Below, piece after piece: positions 17,801-27,389 of a stretch of DNA of 54,412 nt. Source of the DNA: Promethearchaeota archaeon. GTDB lineage: Archaea > Asgardarchaeota > Lokiarchaeia > Sigyniarchaeales > SOKP01. Under the pieces are notes generated by a model that worked only from the letters and a program-made list of their open reading frames with translations, made no database searches and was not told where the DNA came from. The stretch covers positions 1-54,412 of the forward strand of contig JAEOTR010000012.1 of assembly GCA_016839705.1 (NCBI GenBank), given 5' to 3'. Position numbers and translations under genes: made by a program. How positions within the stretch are numbered: position 1 is the stretch's first letter; every line of letters starts with the position of its first letter.

Positions 17801-18809
17801 GAGATGGTTTTGCTTCTGTCGTTATGATTAATTTGATATTATCAACAAACATTTGTTGATATTCTAGGTAACTATAACCACTATAGACAGCACCAGCTAT
17901 ATCATATAATGATACCTTAATGGTTACAACTGAATCATTTATCGGATTTGTCCAAATATTAGAAGTATTAACCCAAAGTCCTTGAGGAATATTAAGATTA
18001 CCCCAAGAGGTTCCAAATTGTTCTTTAAAACTATAAGCACCAATAGAATAAACCTTTTCATTGTTAATACTAAATCTTAACTCAAAATCATTAAAATCTA
18101 ACATATAATTAGCTTTTGCTTCAAATGCCAGTTGACTATCTATTACCCTACCTCTCGGGATTGTAAATGTGGTATACCACCAACATGTATCTCCTGTATC
18201 ATATGAGTATGAACCACCAGATTTTTCACCCTCTATATCTAATTCTAGACAATCATGACCATCAGTGTCAGGATAGGTGCTGTCAAGATAATTTCCACTC
18301 ATGTCATTACTTGATTCAGTTGAATCCCATGAACCAAATGTCCAATTATGAGTGTTATAACTGCGTGCTATATAAGAAGTGTCATTATCGGGATATAATA
18401 CTGCATCCTCAGTTCCATAATTGAAAGTTCCGTTAATCCAATTTCTTGTATCATATAGATCCTTAATAGAAGCATTTAATTTGTAACCATCCCATCCATT
18501 TCCTAGAGGAACATCAACTAAATCATAAGAATTGTTTGTAAAACTTACGTCTAAATCGAAGTCTGTACGATTCGCCCAGTGTGTGACATTCCAAGGTGCT
18601 CCAATACCACTATATGAATTATCGGGAGTTAAATCCTGACTCTTTAAATCTTTTGTTAGATAATCTACTTTATGCTCCTCAAATTGATTTGAGACATCAA
18701 AATTTTGATTTTGTCCTAAATTCATTAAAAATATATTAAATGTTATAAAAGTTAGAATCGCAAATATAAAGAGAATTTTTCTATTTTTTGGAAATTTTAA
18801 TGTGATCAT
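14895..18809 (-). CDS. Large membrane protein: about 1000-aa beta-rich ectodomain, TM helix, cytoplasmic longin-like + wHTH tail
   Basis: N-terminal hydrophobic signal/anchor, many NxS/T sequons, TM LLLWIIIGVLVSIVSALGIL followed by RKRKK, then IVIVHRISGIPLY...LFSGFIQAI...WDG longin pattern. Confidence 0.8.
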   Translation of the reverse strand: MITLKFPKNRKILFIFAILTFITFNIFLMNLGQNQNFDVSNQFEEHKVDYLTKDLKSQDLTPDNSYSGIGAPWNVTHWANRTDFDLDVSFTNNSYDLVDVPLGNGWDGYKLNASIKDLYDTRNWINGTFNYGTEDAVLYPDNDTSYIARSYNTHNWTFGSWDSTESSNDMSGNYLDSTYPDTDGHDCLELDIEGEKSGGSYSYDTGDTCWWYTTFTIPRGRVIDSQLAFEAKANYMLDFNDFELRFSINNEKVYSIGAYSFKEQFGTSWGNLNIPQGLWVNTSNIWTNPINDSVVTIKVSLYDIAGAVYSGYSYLEYQQMFVDNIKLIITTEAKPSQIGLEMNQTIVNDIDWGKGSVELEGGWQTSNVYANFSSNIIEEFDITLKTNLNLYSIKHTPDTNYETNAESLGSEFSVNNNSIVNWEFYSYFSVPTGYKETEMRINFPSDVIITWVSEPQDPSSNQLFLCDNSIPGLLIIPVDIISTTPDGFWHFKAISPNYCEQLNIYNNATGSWNSTNEFLSGDYINITSRITNSILVSEYLQQTKAQLQVRFPNGSIWITKNQLKSPDTNGYVYFDYFQIPTSPPYYEVGEYEIIITWNNSYNIYGLNETGIISNKFEVVHNSVMIPDQNYFEEIFEDELINLKVSFNDLENSDAIQDALVYLDNFIGGREYFSEISPGYYFLEFNTTNGVAGNNTLTVYANSSSYVNNQVNVTIEIIQQTLLTAQEYPTLQVVWNENFTIHLNYTMKSSGTGISTIPTNNWIGDTFVIEGIPGEYNITCNSSAYEVNKLHSLIINADKEGYESQSIILGIFIIQRDTSFSVYIDSLEVPELYQADRSFNEILSISLKIYDIIAENFLPNEVITLISGNYVDNLTYTSDFWYNISIPCSPSNFSLGLNSIDIRFIKDNYEINIFSFQLFISQIEIKVEPIGFEDPFFADIGETINIQIQLLDNTTYASIENASISYSWRYGVGPVNQTSPGIYRIIIDLPESVRGNYKIELIITPENSTYKTTLFSFFAIIGEPILGGDEFTSLLLWIIIGVLVSIVSALGILSMRSYVILPRKRKKEAELLSKTQRFKDLRNIQAIVIVHRISGIPLYTRTYSILEKHKRELFSGFIQAITTIGEEFTQAEQIEKKLDAEKESYGIEKIIELDFKYFYCLIADKEDIRVVFILKEKSSEHLKNQISHLMLALNLKLSQDLENWDGSLDKFEEIVPMIIEEYFELYYKGSFTLPRKLDLLNLRKEKSLSKMEIRVLNVVESMLKRNEDIINLNSIIELISEENKDLVIQAIEGLIDRKLIIPVNP

Positions 18810-19020
18810 TTGAAATATCTCTACTCAATAATAAACAATATACCTTATATGTATTAAAAATGAAATTTCATAAATTTAAATGATTGTTTTAAAGGGATAT
18901 ATATCTTTTTTACTTAATATTTGCCTTTAGATTGATCATTCTTTACTAGTTAACTAAAAATTAATAACAGAAATAATCCTTTAATAATATTTTACAATAG
19001 TTTAAACCCGGGGAATAAAT

Positions 19021-19353
19021 TTAATTAGGTAAAAATTCTTCTTCTAAACCGGCAATTAGAGATTTCTTATCTTCAAGAGAAATCCTTTTAATATCAACTC
19101 CACGGTTGTTATACGTATCAGGGGGGATATCATCAAATAATGATAATATTAAAATAATTGCATTAGTTACCAAATCCCGATTCTTTTTCTCTTCTAATAA
19201 TTTCATAAGTTCAATAAAGGAGCGGCTTTTCCAAATTTCAGTATTTTCTTTATTTATTTTATCTTCTTGAAAATAGTCAAGTATTTTTAAATAACAATCT
19301 AACTCTAAATCATCTTTATCTTTGCAGATTTTCATCTTTTCTTTAACTGACAA
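19021..19353 (-). CDS. Hypothetical protein
   Basis: 110-aa ORF occupying an otherwise empty interval. Confidence 0.6.
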   Translation of the reverse strand: MSVKEKMKICKDKDDLELDCYLKILDYFQEDKINKENTEIWKSRSFIELMKLLEEKKNRDLVTNAIILILSLFDDIPPDTYNNRGVDIKRISLEDKKSLIAGLEEEFLPN

Positions 19354-19637
19354 TTTGGTTCTATATTTTTAATGATAAAACATACTTTTAATTCGCTTTG
19401 TTTTAACAATTTTGTGTTATAACTTTCCGCACAATTTTATTTTAACCTAATTTTGCTCTGCTTTTTAGCCAAATAAAGCATTAGATTTATAATAAATAAT
19501 TTGTGTGTAAAAATTCTTCAATATTTACGTAAGAGATTCTCAAGCATTTATATTTTCTAATGTAATATCTATATATCACAATTAATCGAGAAAGGCAGAA
19601 TAGGACTTATTTTATTAAAGGATGCTAAATAAAAATT

Positions 19638-20285
19638 ATGCTTAATTTCTCTGAAATGATGCAGGATTTGCTAAATTGTATTGAAAATCTTAAAAAAAGT
19701 GAAGTAAATCAGTTGATAAAAAATAGAATTAGAGAGTTTAGCCTAATCAGGAAGGAGTCTTTAAATACTATTTTTAGTGAACTTTGTTTTTGCATAATGA
19801 CAGCGAACTGTAGTGCTGAAAAATGTATTGAAGTACAACAAAAAGTAGGAACTGGATTTCACGATTTAGATGAAAAAGAATTATCTATTAAATTAAAAAC
19901 GTATGGTTATCGTTTTCCTAATATCAGAGCAGAATATATAGTAAATGCAAGAGAACTCCAAGATGAGTTAGAAAAAATACTTACTACTAGTAGTAATTCA
20001 AAAGAAGTCCGAGAATGGATAGTTAAAAACATTAAAGGTTTAGGATATAAAGAAGCTAGTCATTTTTTAAGGAATATTGGATATACAGGATATGCGATTA
20101 TTGATTTTCACATCATAGATCTTCTTACAAAATTCCAACTAATAGCTAAACCAAAAACATTAACCAAGAAAAAGTATTTAGAAATTGAAGAAATATTAGG
20201 TAAAATCGCAGAAGATTTAAATCTCACTTTGGGTGAACTTGACCTTTTCATGTGGTATTTGGAAACTGGAAAGGTTCTAAAATAA
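19638..20285 (+). CDS. ogg: 8-oxoguanine DNA glycosylase/AP lyase (OGG2 type)
   Basis: FSELCFCIMTAN, GYRFPNIRAEYI, IKGLGYKEASHFLRNIG...AIIDFHI, and C-terminal LW..ETGKVLK-like motif. Confidence 0.92.
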   Translation: MLNFSEMMQDLLNCIENLKKSEVNQLIKNRIREFSLIRKESLNTIFSELCFCIMTANCSAEKCIEVQQKVGTGFHDLDEKELSIKLKTYGYRFPNIRAEYIVNARELQDELEKILTTSSNSKEVREWIVKNIKGLGYKEASHFLRNIGYTGYAIIDFHIIDLLTKFQLIAKPKTLTKKKYLEIEEILGKIAEDLNLTLGELDLFMWYLETGKVLK

Positions 20286-20490
20286 ATTCCCCGCTTCAAT
20301 AGATTAACATTTTTAAGGGAGGGGTGAATATAGATCCTATTTAATTTTTGAATACCAGGTGTTTTCCTGTCTCGTGTATCACTTGTACAACTTTTAAGGC
20401 TAACGATAATTATGCCATACAGTACAGTGACTATACGTTTTAGTCTATAAATCACCCCAAAGTTTTAGGGAATGATATTTCAGTACTCCA
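20286..20490 (-). ncRNA. Candidate structured non-coding RNA of unknown class
   Basis: Nested complementary segments (ATTCCC/GGGAAT, GGGGTGA/TCACCCC, TATAGA/TCTATA, CAGG/CCTG, TCACTTGTAC/GTACAGTGA) and a minus-strand TTTATATA box at 20513-20520. Confidence 0.35.
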
Positions 20491-20655
20491 GAAAAATAAT
20501 AAGACATATGGGTATATAAAACTTTGCCTTACAACAATTTAATTGATTATAAATTCATGCCATAAGAGGTGCTTTAATAGCTTTTTTCATCCTTTTTTCA
20601 TACATTTACACTAATGTCTAATTTAATCTTAAATATTCTAGAATGTTTTCAATAA

Positions 20656-21765
20656 TTAAATTAGCCATTTACCATCCTGATAAATGATCTCTTCATCAGC
20701 AAGGATTTTTGATCCTGATTGTTTCATATCTTTTAAAATATCCCAATGTATAGCACTTTTAAGTGTAGAACCAGCTTCTTCGATTCCTGAACCAAGAGCA
20801 AGGTGTATTGTTCCTCCCAATTTTTCATCAAATAACATATTTTTTGTAAATTGAGTAATCCCATAATTTGTTCCTATAGCAAATTCTCCCACTTGATCAG
20901 CATTTTCGATTTTTAATATTTCCTTTAATAACTTTTCCCCTTTTTCTGCTGTACTTTTTACTACCCTTCCATCTTTAAAATCTAAATATATGTTTTCAAT
21001 CTCATTTCCTTGATATAATCCCGGATATGTAAACCTTATATGACCATTAGCAGAATCCTCTACTGGTCCTGTGCAAACTTCTCCATCAGGTAAATTTAAT
21101 CTTCCAGAACAATTAATCCATTTTCTCCCTTTTACTGAAAGTACCAAATCTGTATCTTCACCAATAACCTGAATTTTTTCAACAGATTCTAAAAAATCAC
21201 AAATCTTTTGTTGTTTTTTATCGATTTCGGACCATTCTTTAACAGGGTCATCTTTATGAAGTAATAAAGCATTCTTTACAAACTCAAAATAGGAAAACAA
21301 GTCCATATTTGCTTCCTGTGCCAATGAGTTGCAAGGAAATGGCACAATGAGGTATTTAAGATTCTTCTTACCTATTCTATCCATTAAAATGCTCCAGATC
21401 TCCTTTTGATCTGGAGAGCTACGAGTTTTTGCTATTTTTTCTGGATCTATTAAACTTAATTTACGAGTATTATATTTCCCCTCTATTATTATATAGCCAT
21501 CAACTTCTTTAAGTATTTGTTTCTGAAGAGGATCTATATACATTAACTGTTCATCAGATGCATATTTAAATTGTAATTCCTGAATTCCTTCTATTTGTGG
21601 ATACAGAGTCGGATGTCCCCCAGATTTTGTAATTTCAACATAGAGTGCTTGGAAGAGTTCTTTAGCGAAAGCGGGACCAGTAATAAATATTCTATCTCCC
21701 TTTTTCACTTTTATAGAATAATCAACAACTAATCTTGCGAGGTTCTCATAGAATTTATTAAACAT
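20656..21765 (-). CDS. Aminopeptidase, M29 (AmpS/PepS) family
   Basis: NLPDGEV.TGP, GEFAIGTN, LFDEK.GGTIHLALG and SAIHWD motifs. Confidence 0.92.
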   Translation of the reverse strand: MFNKFYENLARLVVDYSIKVKKGDRIFITGPAFAKELFQALYVEITKSGGHPTLYPQIEGIQELQFKYASDEQLMYIDPLQKQILKEVDGYIIIEGKYNTRKLSLIDPEKIAKTRSSPDQKEIWSILMDRIGKKNLKYLIVPFPCNSLAQEANMDLFSYFEFVKNALLLHKDDPVKEWSEIDKKQQKICDFLESVEKIQVIGEDTDLVLSVKGRKWINCSGRLNLPDGEVCTGPVEDSANGHIRFTYPGLYQGNEIENIYLDFKDGRVVKSTAEKGEKLLKEILKIENADQVGEFAIGTNYGITQFTKNMLFDEKLGGTIHLALGSGIEEAGSTLKSAIHWDILKDMKQSGSKILADEEIIYQDGKWLI

Positions 21766-21855
21766 AATTTGATGTAATCCGTTTTTTCTATTAATAATTT
21801 CTTATTTTTAATAACAGTATATTGCTATAATAAAAAATTACTATTTTTATTATCA

Positions 21856-22137
21856 CTATACTATAGGTGGTTTTAAATCCTTCCTAGGTTTTTTTTCGTC
21901 AAAGTGTTTATCTTTCCACCTAGTATATAAACCCACTGATATCAAGAATAGAGAAAAAATTAAATAAACCATCCAAAAAGTAAAACCAACTAACCAGCCA
22001 CTCATATCTGAAATCCCATGCACAATAGTCATAAAAATTATCCCAGATAAAGCAGTGACTGAACAAATTATACCGCAAATTAGATCAAAATAAAGTTGCT
22101 GCCTTTCCTTTTTTACTCTATCTTCAGTATGTACCAT
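21856..22137 (-). CDS. Small two-TM membrane protein
   Basis: 93 aa with two hydrophobic helices. Confidence 0.65.
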   Translation of the reverse strand: MVHTEDRVKKERQQLYFDLICGIICSVTALSGIIFMTIVHGISDMSGWLVGFTFWMVYLIFSLFLISVGLYTRWKDKHFDEKKPRKDLKPPIV

Positions 22138-22189
22138 TTTATTACAACTACTATTTTATTTTGTTTTTTTCATTGGGGTAAAAGATAAA

Positions 22190-23374
22190 TTATTTGATGA
22201 AATCTTCAAGTAGATTGTACACAATCTCTAATATCTCTACTTTAGGTAAAAAGGTAAACCTAACGTGATTATTCCCATATTCTCCGAATCCAGAACCATA
22301 GACTGTGCAGACTCCAGTAGTTTTAAGAAAATCTATAACGAATTCTTTATCATTCTTCCACTTTTTTAATTCGGCGAAATCAAATTTGGGGAATAAATAA
22401 AAAGCTCCATTAGCTTCTACACATGTAATTCCTTCAATTTTTCTTAATCTATTTAAAGAATAATCTCTTCTTTCTTTTAATTTAGCCACCATTTCTTGAG
22501 TATGCGTTCCAGGATTTTTTAATATTTCAATAGCAGCATATTGAGCAATCGAGCTAGCTGAAAGTCTTGCTCTAGCCATTTTAGCAATACCTTCTTTTAA
22601 ATCATTTAATTTATTCTCAGGATCATGATAATACATGTACCCTAGTCTCCATCCTGTAACAAGATGAGTTTTGGAGAATCCATTAAGGCCTATAATTGGA
22701 ACGTCATTACTAAGAGTAGCTGGGCAAGTAAATTCCTTTTCAAAAATAATCTGATCATAAATCTCATCTGATAATATAAATAAACCGTATTCCCCTGCAA
22801 TGTCTATTATATTTTTTATCATTTTTTCACTATACATTACTCCCGTTGGGTTATTTGGAGAACATATTAAAATTGCTTTTGTTTTATCTGTAATCTTTTT
22901 TCTTAAGTCATCAATATTGGGCTCCCAATTGTTATTTTCGTCAAGTTCATATTCTATAGGAACACCATCAAAAAATTTTGTATAATTAATATAAAGTGGA
23001 TAACTTGGCCCTGGAATTAGTAACTCTTTTTTATTTTCTATGGTTGCTGCTATAAGAAAGAAAATCGCTTCCGTAACTCCTGTTGTTACCAAGATATCAC
23101 TAGAGGATACTTTTAAATTATATCTTTGGTTAATACTTCTGCTTAGTTCCTCCCGAAGTTCTGGGGCACCTAACGAATTAACATAATAATTTTTTCCTCC
23201 AAAAGAAGCATCAGCTAATGCTTGGGAAATATAATGAGGTGTATTAAAATCATAAATTACTGGATCTCCTATATTTAGATGATATATTTTTTTCCCACTC
23301 TTAGCGACTTTATCCGCGATAGCAGCAATTTCTCTAATCGCATAAGATATTGAATTAATCCTCTGAGAAATCAT
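22190..23374 (-). CDS. PLP-dependent aminotransferase class I/II (alanine aminotransferase-like)
   Basis: LNIGDP, SPNNPTG, SDEIYD and GFSKTHLVTGWRLG motifs. Confidence 0.92.
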   Translation of the reverse strand: MISQRINSISYAIREIAAIADKVAKSGKKIYHLNIGDPVIYDFNTPHYISQALADASFGGKNYYVNSLGAPELREELSRSINQRYNLKVSSSDILVTTGVTEAIFFLIAATIENKKELLIPGPSYPLYINYTKFFDGVPIEYELDENNNWEPNIDDLRKKITDKTKAILICSPNNPTGVMYSEKMIKNIIDIAGEYGLFILSDEIYDQIIFEKEFTCPATLSNDVPIIGLNGFSKTHLVTGWRLGYMYYHDPENKLNDLKEGIAKMARARLSASSIAQYAAIEILKNPGTHTQEMVAKLKERRDYSLNRLRKIEGITCVEANGAFYLFPKFDFAELKKWKNDKEFVIDFLKTTGVCTVYGSGFGEYGNNHVRFTFLPKVEILEIVYNLLEDFIK

Positions 23375-23494
23375 TTTAACACGAGTCTTGAATTATTATT
23401 TAATCTATTACTATATGAGTTGTATGAAAATGTATTGGAAAATTAAATAATTTTACTGCTTAATAAGAAATTCTTAATTTAATGGAAAAAAGAC

Positions 23495-24565
23495 TTATAA
23501 TAATATATCCCAATCTATCTCGTTTTCAATTAAATTTAGAACCTTCTCCATCTCATCTTCTTGTATTCCTGGCCTCAAGCGTTCCAAATTTCTCATGGTT
23601 GTATATGTATCAGAAGGACTCAAGATAATTGGAATACCTTTTTCATTTGCAGCGGTAATAACCCCCAAATCGGGTTGGATGAACCCAGTTAAGATTAAGG
23701 TCGACACATCTTGATCAAGTGCCGCCATAGCGAGATCTGTACGATCTCCACCCGTTATAAACGCTGCTTTTTTCACTTGTCTTAAATATTTTATAGCAGC
23801 TTGAGCATTCATTGCACCGATGAGAAATGTCTCAACAAGATTATTCAATCCTGAAGAGGCTGCATCGTTTATTAATTCTCCCCCAATTTGCTCTATGATC
23901 TCATTCACACGTGGAGAGAATAATTCTACACTTTTTTCTATAATACCTAACACAGGAATATTATATCGAGTGATATGATCGGCAGTGATCTCTTTTATTC
24001 TTGCAATATACTCAAACTCAATTTTATTAAAAATTATACCCAGAATACCAATTTTACGGTAATCAAAATAATTTTTTGTAAAAAAGAAGTTGTCTATACA
24101 TCGATCAGTTGATTCTACAGAAACATAGATTAATTCTTTTATTCCAAGATTCTGTGCTATACTCACATCATCAATTCCAGTTCTAACAAATTTCCTTATA
24201 CTTGGATTCCCTTCAATAACCACATAATCAACATCTTTTGTAAGTTCATCATAAGCACTTTTAATCTTTTGAAGATATTCATCTTTTTTACCTGCATCTA
24301 CTAAATCTACATAATATGCATCCGGAATCGAGACTGGTGAAATTAGATCATATGGATGGTCCGTTTTGTATACTGTATTGAGAATAAATCCAACATCAGG
24401 GTCAGCTTTATTAGTAAAAGCAGCTATTGGTACCCCTATTGGCTTAAAATAAGCAAATTTTTTACCAGCCTTTTTTAATTTTTGGATAAAACCAATTGAA
24501 AGAAAACTTTTCCCCGCACGTTCTCTCAACGAACTTAAATAAAATACTTTTACCATTTTCTTCAC
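23495..24565 (-). CDS. BioD-like + DRTGG domain protein (phosphotransacetylase N-terminal family)
   Basis: AGKS, YFKPIG, VVIEG, IGAM and ITGGDRTD motifs. No PTA catalytic domain. Confidence 0.88.
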   Translation of the reverse strand: MKKMVKVFYLSSLRERAGKSFLSIGFIQKLKKAGKKFAYFKPIGVPIAAFTNKADPDVGFILNTVYKTDHPYDLISPVSIPDAYYVDLVDAGKKDEYLQKIKSAYDELTKDVDYVVIEGNPSIRKFVRTGIDDVSIAQNLGIKELIYVSVESTDRCIDNFFFTKNYFDYRKIGILGIIFNKIEFEYIARIKEITADHITRYNIPVLGIIEKSVELFSPRVNEIIEQIGGELINDAASSGLNNLVETFLIGAMNAQAAIKYLRQVKKAAFITGGDRTDLAMAALDQDVSTLILTGFIQPDLGVITAANEKGIPIILSPSDTYTTMRNLERLRPGIQEDEMEKVLNLIENEIDWDILL

Positions 24566-24610
24566 TTTTTGTTAAATTTTTTTAATTTTAATTTTTTATT
24601 ATGAGTTTTA

Positions 24611-26761
24611 TTATCTTTTAATTGTTATTTTAATATCAACAGCACTATAACCTTTAACAAATGCTAAGAGAGGATTAATATCTAATTCTACAATTTCCGG
24701 GAAATCATTGACAAGCTGAGATAATCTGAGAAGTACATCCAGTATGGCCTCTATATCCGAAGGTGATTCTCCCCTCACTCCTTGAAGGAGATTAAAGATT
24801 TTTGTACTCTCAATCAATTTTTTGGCATCATCCTTAGTAAACTTATACGCTAAAGCAAAAGCTACATCTTGCATGAAGTTTGCATAAATTCCTCCCGTAC
24901 CAAACATGAGAAGTGGCCCAAATTGAGGATCTCCCGACATTCCGATTATTATTTCACTTACTTTTGGCTCAATTTTAAAATCGATCATTTCTTGTACTTC
25001 TACACCATAAATTTTCGCATTTTGTGGCCCAAATTTTTTAGCATTTTTTACAATTTGTATATAAGCTTCAAACGCATCTTGGTCTGTTTCAATATTTAAT
25101 AGAATTCCTCCAACATCGGTTTTGTGAATAATGTTTGGACTAACGATTTTCATAACAGATTTCCCGATTTCTGATTGGAGGGTTCTTGCTTGTCGAGGAG
25201 TTTGGGCGAGTCTAGATTTAGGTGATTTTATTCCATAACAATCAAAAACTTCGCTTGTTTCATAACTTAATAGAACGGTTCTATTATCTTCATGTACAGT
25301 AGAGAAAATTTGTTTTACCCGTTTTTTGTTTACTTTAAATTTTGGAATAATTAATTCTTCTAATGGAGTGCTTCTTAAATATTCTCTTCGCTTTATTAGT
25401 GTTTTTAATGAGTGGGCACCTCGGTCTGGAAAGTTATAACAGGGAATATGATTTTGTTTTAAATATTCTCTACCTTCTGAAATACTTTTTCCTCCTATGA
25501 AAGAGCATACAATTGGTTTTTCTTTTAAGTGTTTCGATGCAATTTCATGAATTAATTTTGCTACTTTCGTGGGTTCTGTTTGAGCTTGTGGAGTAACAAT
25601 TATTAAAGCACCTTGGGTTGAAATTTCATTGGATTCTGCTTTACTATTTATACCAAAAACAGTTTTAATTGTAAATTCATATCTATCAGGGGCAGCGTCC
25701 CCAACGATATCAATTGGATTAAAAATTGAAGCTTCTAAAGGTAATTTCGCTCTTAATGCATGTAGAATTGATTCTGAAAATCCTGCAAACTTTAAATCTT
25801 CACGTTCAAATGCATCAGTAGCCACAATTCCCGGACCTCCCGCATTTGTTATAATTGCAAAAGAATTATCTCTTGGAATTGGCTGATATAGAAAAACTTC
25901 TCCATAGTCAAATAAATCTTCCATCGTTTTTGCTCTTATAACTCCACATTTTTTAAAAGCAAGATCATAGGCAATATCCGCTCCTGCTAGTGCTCCCGTA
26001 TGACTTGAAGCGGCTCTAGCACCTGCTTCACTTATTCCAGATTTTAAAATAATAATTGGTTTTTTTCGAGTAGCTTCTGGTAAGATTTCTAAAAACCTCT
26101 GCCCGTCATTAATACTCTCTAGATAGCATAAGATAACACTAGTATTGTCATCATTGGCTAAAAATTCTATAAAATCTACCGCTCCTAAATCTGCTTTATT
26201 CCCAAGACTAATATTACAAGAGAAACCAAAAGCTTGCGTCATAGAATAATCCATCATGCCAGTAAGCATAGCACCAGATTGTGATATCATAGCTATCCCT
26301 CCTTCCTTAGGGGTTTCGGCAGCAAAAGAACCATTGTAATTAAGTCCTATGAATCCTAAGCAGTTTGGACCTAAAATTCTCATTTTGTATTTCTTACCTA
26401 TTTGTATCAGTTGGTCTTCTCTTTCCACGCCTTCTCCCCCGATTTCTTTAAATCCTGCAGATATTACTATCAATCCCTTTACACCTTTTTTACCGCATTC
26501 CTCAGCAGCAGGATTTACAAATTTACCAGGAATCACAAAAATAGCAATATCAATATTCTCTGGTACATCTAAAACACTTTTATAGCATGTAAGATCACAA
26601 ACTCTATTAGCTCCGGGATTTATTGGAAAGATTTTTCCTTTATACCCAGAATTAATGATATTATTTAAAACTGTATTCCCCACTTTGCCTTGTGTAGCAC
26701 TTGCACCTATAATTGCAATACTTGCTGGATTAAAGAAAAATGAAATGTCGTTTTGAGCCAT
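24611..26761 (-). CDS. acdAB: ADP-forming acetate/acyl-CoA ligase, fused alpha-beta
   Basis: IAIIGAS, GPNCLG, SQSGA, SSHTGALAG (phospho-His), NPIDIVGDA, HKTDVGG, DPQFGP and ELDINPL motifs. Confidence 0.92.
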   Translation of the reverse strand: MAQNDISFFFNPASIAIIGASATQGKVGNTVLNNIINSGYKGKIFPINPGANRVCDLTCYKSVLDVPENIDIAIFVIPGKFVNPAAEECGKKGVKGLIVISAGFKEIGGEGVEREDQLIQIGKKYKMRILGPNCLGFIGLNYNGSFAAETPKEGGIAMISQSGAMLTGMMDYSMTQAFGFSCNISLGNKADLGAVDFIEFLANDDNTSVILCYLESINDGQRFLEILPEATRKKPIIILKSGISEAGARAASSHTGALAGADIAYDLAFKKCGVIRAKTMEDLFDYGEVFLYQPIPRDNSFAIITNAGGPGIVATDAFEREDLKFAGFSESILHALRAKLPLEASIFNPIDIVGDAAPDRYEFTIKTVFGINSKAESNEISTQGALIIVTPQAQTEPTKVAKLIHEIASKHLKEKPIVCSFIGGKSISEGREYLKQNHIPCYNFPDRGAHSLKTLIKRREYLRSTPLEELIIPKFKVNKKRVKQIFSTVHEDNRTVLLSYETSEVFDCYGIKSPKSRLAQTPRQARTLQSEIGKSVMKIVSPNIIHKTDVGGILLNIETDQDAFEAYIQIVKNAKKFGPQNAKIYGVEVQEMIDFKIEPKVSEIIIGMSGDPQFGPLLMFGTGGIYANFMQDVAFALAYKFTKDDAKKLIESTKIFNLLQGVRGESPSDIEAILDVLLRLSQLVNDFPEIVELDINPLLAFVKGYSAVDIKITIKR

Positions 26762-26909
26762 TTTCAGATCTAATGATAGTTCTTATTACCAACTTTTATA
26801 AAATGTTAAAATCATACTTCCTTTAAAATTTTTTATTGTTATCTAAAATACTTGTACAATGCAAAAAAATCTGAAAAGAAATAAAAAATACAAAACCCTT
26901 TCTTATTGT

Positions 26910-27389
26910 ATGACTAAAATTGTTATAGTAACTAATAAGGGTGACATTAATCTTGAGTTGTTTGACAGCGATGCTCCACTAACTGTAGCTAGTTTTCTTT
27001 TTTTAGCAAAACAAGGTTATTTTAATGGAATTATTTTTCACAGAGTCATCGCAGATTTTATGATTCAAGGTGGAGATCCACTGGGCAAAGGCTATGGTGG
27101 TCCTAAGAATAAGAATATTACTTCCTTTCCTTTTCAAGGGAAGCAAGTATCATACCCATTTGCTGATGAGTTTCAGTCAGGAAGAAAATTTGATAAACCT
27201 GGTATTCTAGCTATGGCAAATGCTGGTGCAAATACAAACGGGTCCCAATTCTTTATTACTCATGTTCCAACACCACACCTTAATAATAAGCACACTATCT
27301 TTGGTAGCATTGTAGATCCTATTGCTGATCAAAAGGTCGTAGATTCTATTGCCCAAGGAGATGTAATAAAAGAAATTAAAGTTCAATAA
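26910..27389 (+). CDS. Cyclophilin-type peptidyl-prolyl isomerase
   Basis: [15 protein letters not shown] and [29 protein letters not shown]. Likely start ATG 26910. Confidence 0.95.
   Translation: MTKIVIVTNKGDINLELFDSDAPLTVASFLFLAKQGYFNGIIFHRVIADFMIQGGDPLGKGYGGPKNKNITSFPFQGKQVSYPFADEFQSGRKFDKPGILAMANAGANTNGSQFFITHVPTPHLNNKHTIFGSIVDPIADQKVVDSIAQGDVIKEIKVQ

Noticed and set aside
20108-20455. 115-aa minus-strand ORF overlapping the ogg 3' end
   Set aside because: Half of it is antisense to ogg and it has no motif. Nested base-pairing explains the remainder better.
20286-20490. Assignment as SRP RNA, RNase P RNA or tRNA-Sec
   Set aside because: I could not find the RNase P GAGGAAAGUCC motif, the SRP helix-8 motif or a tRNA T-loop. 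It is kept only as an unclassified candidate.
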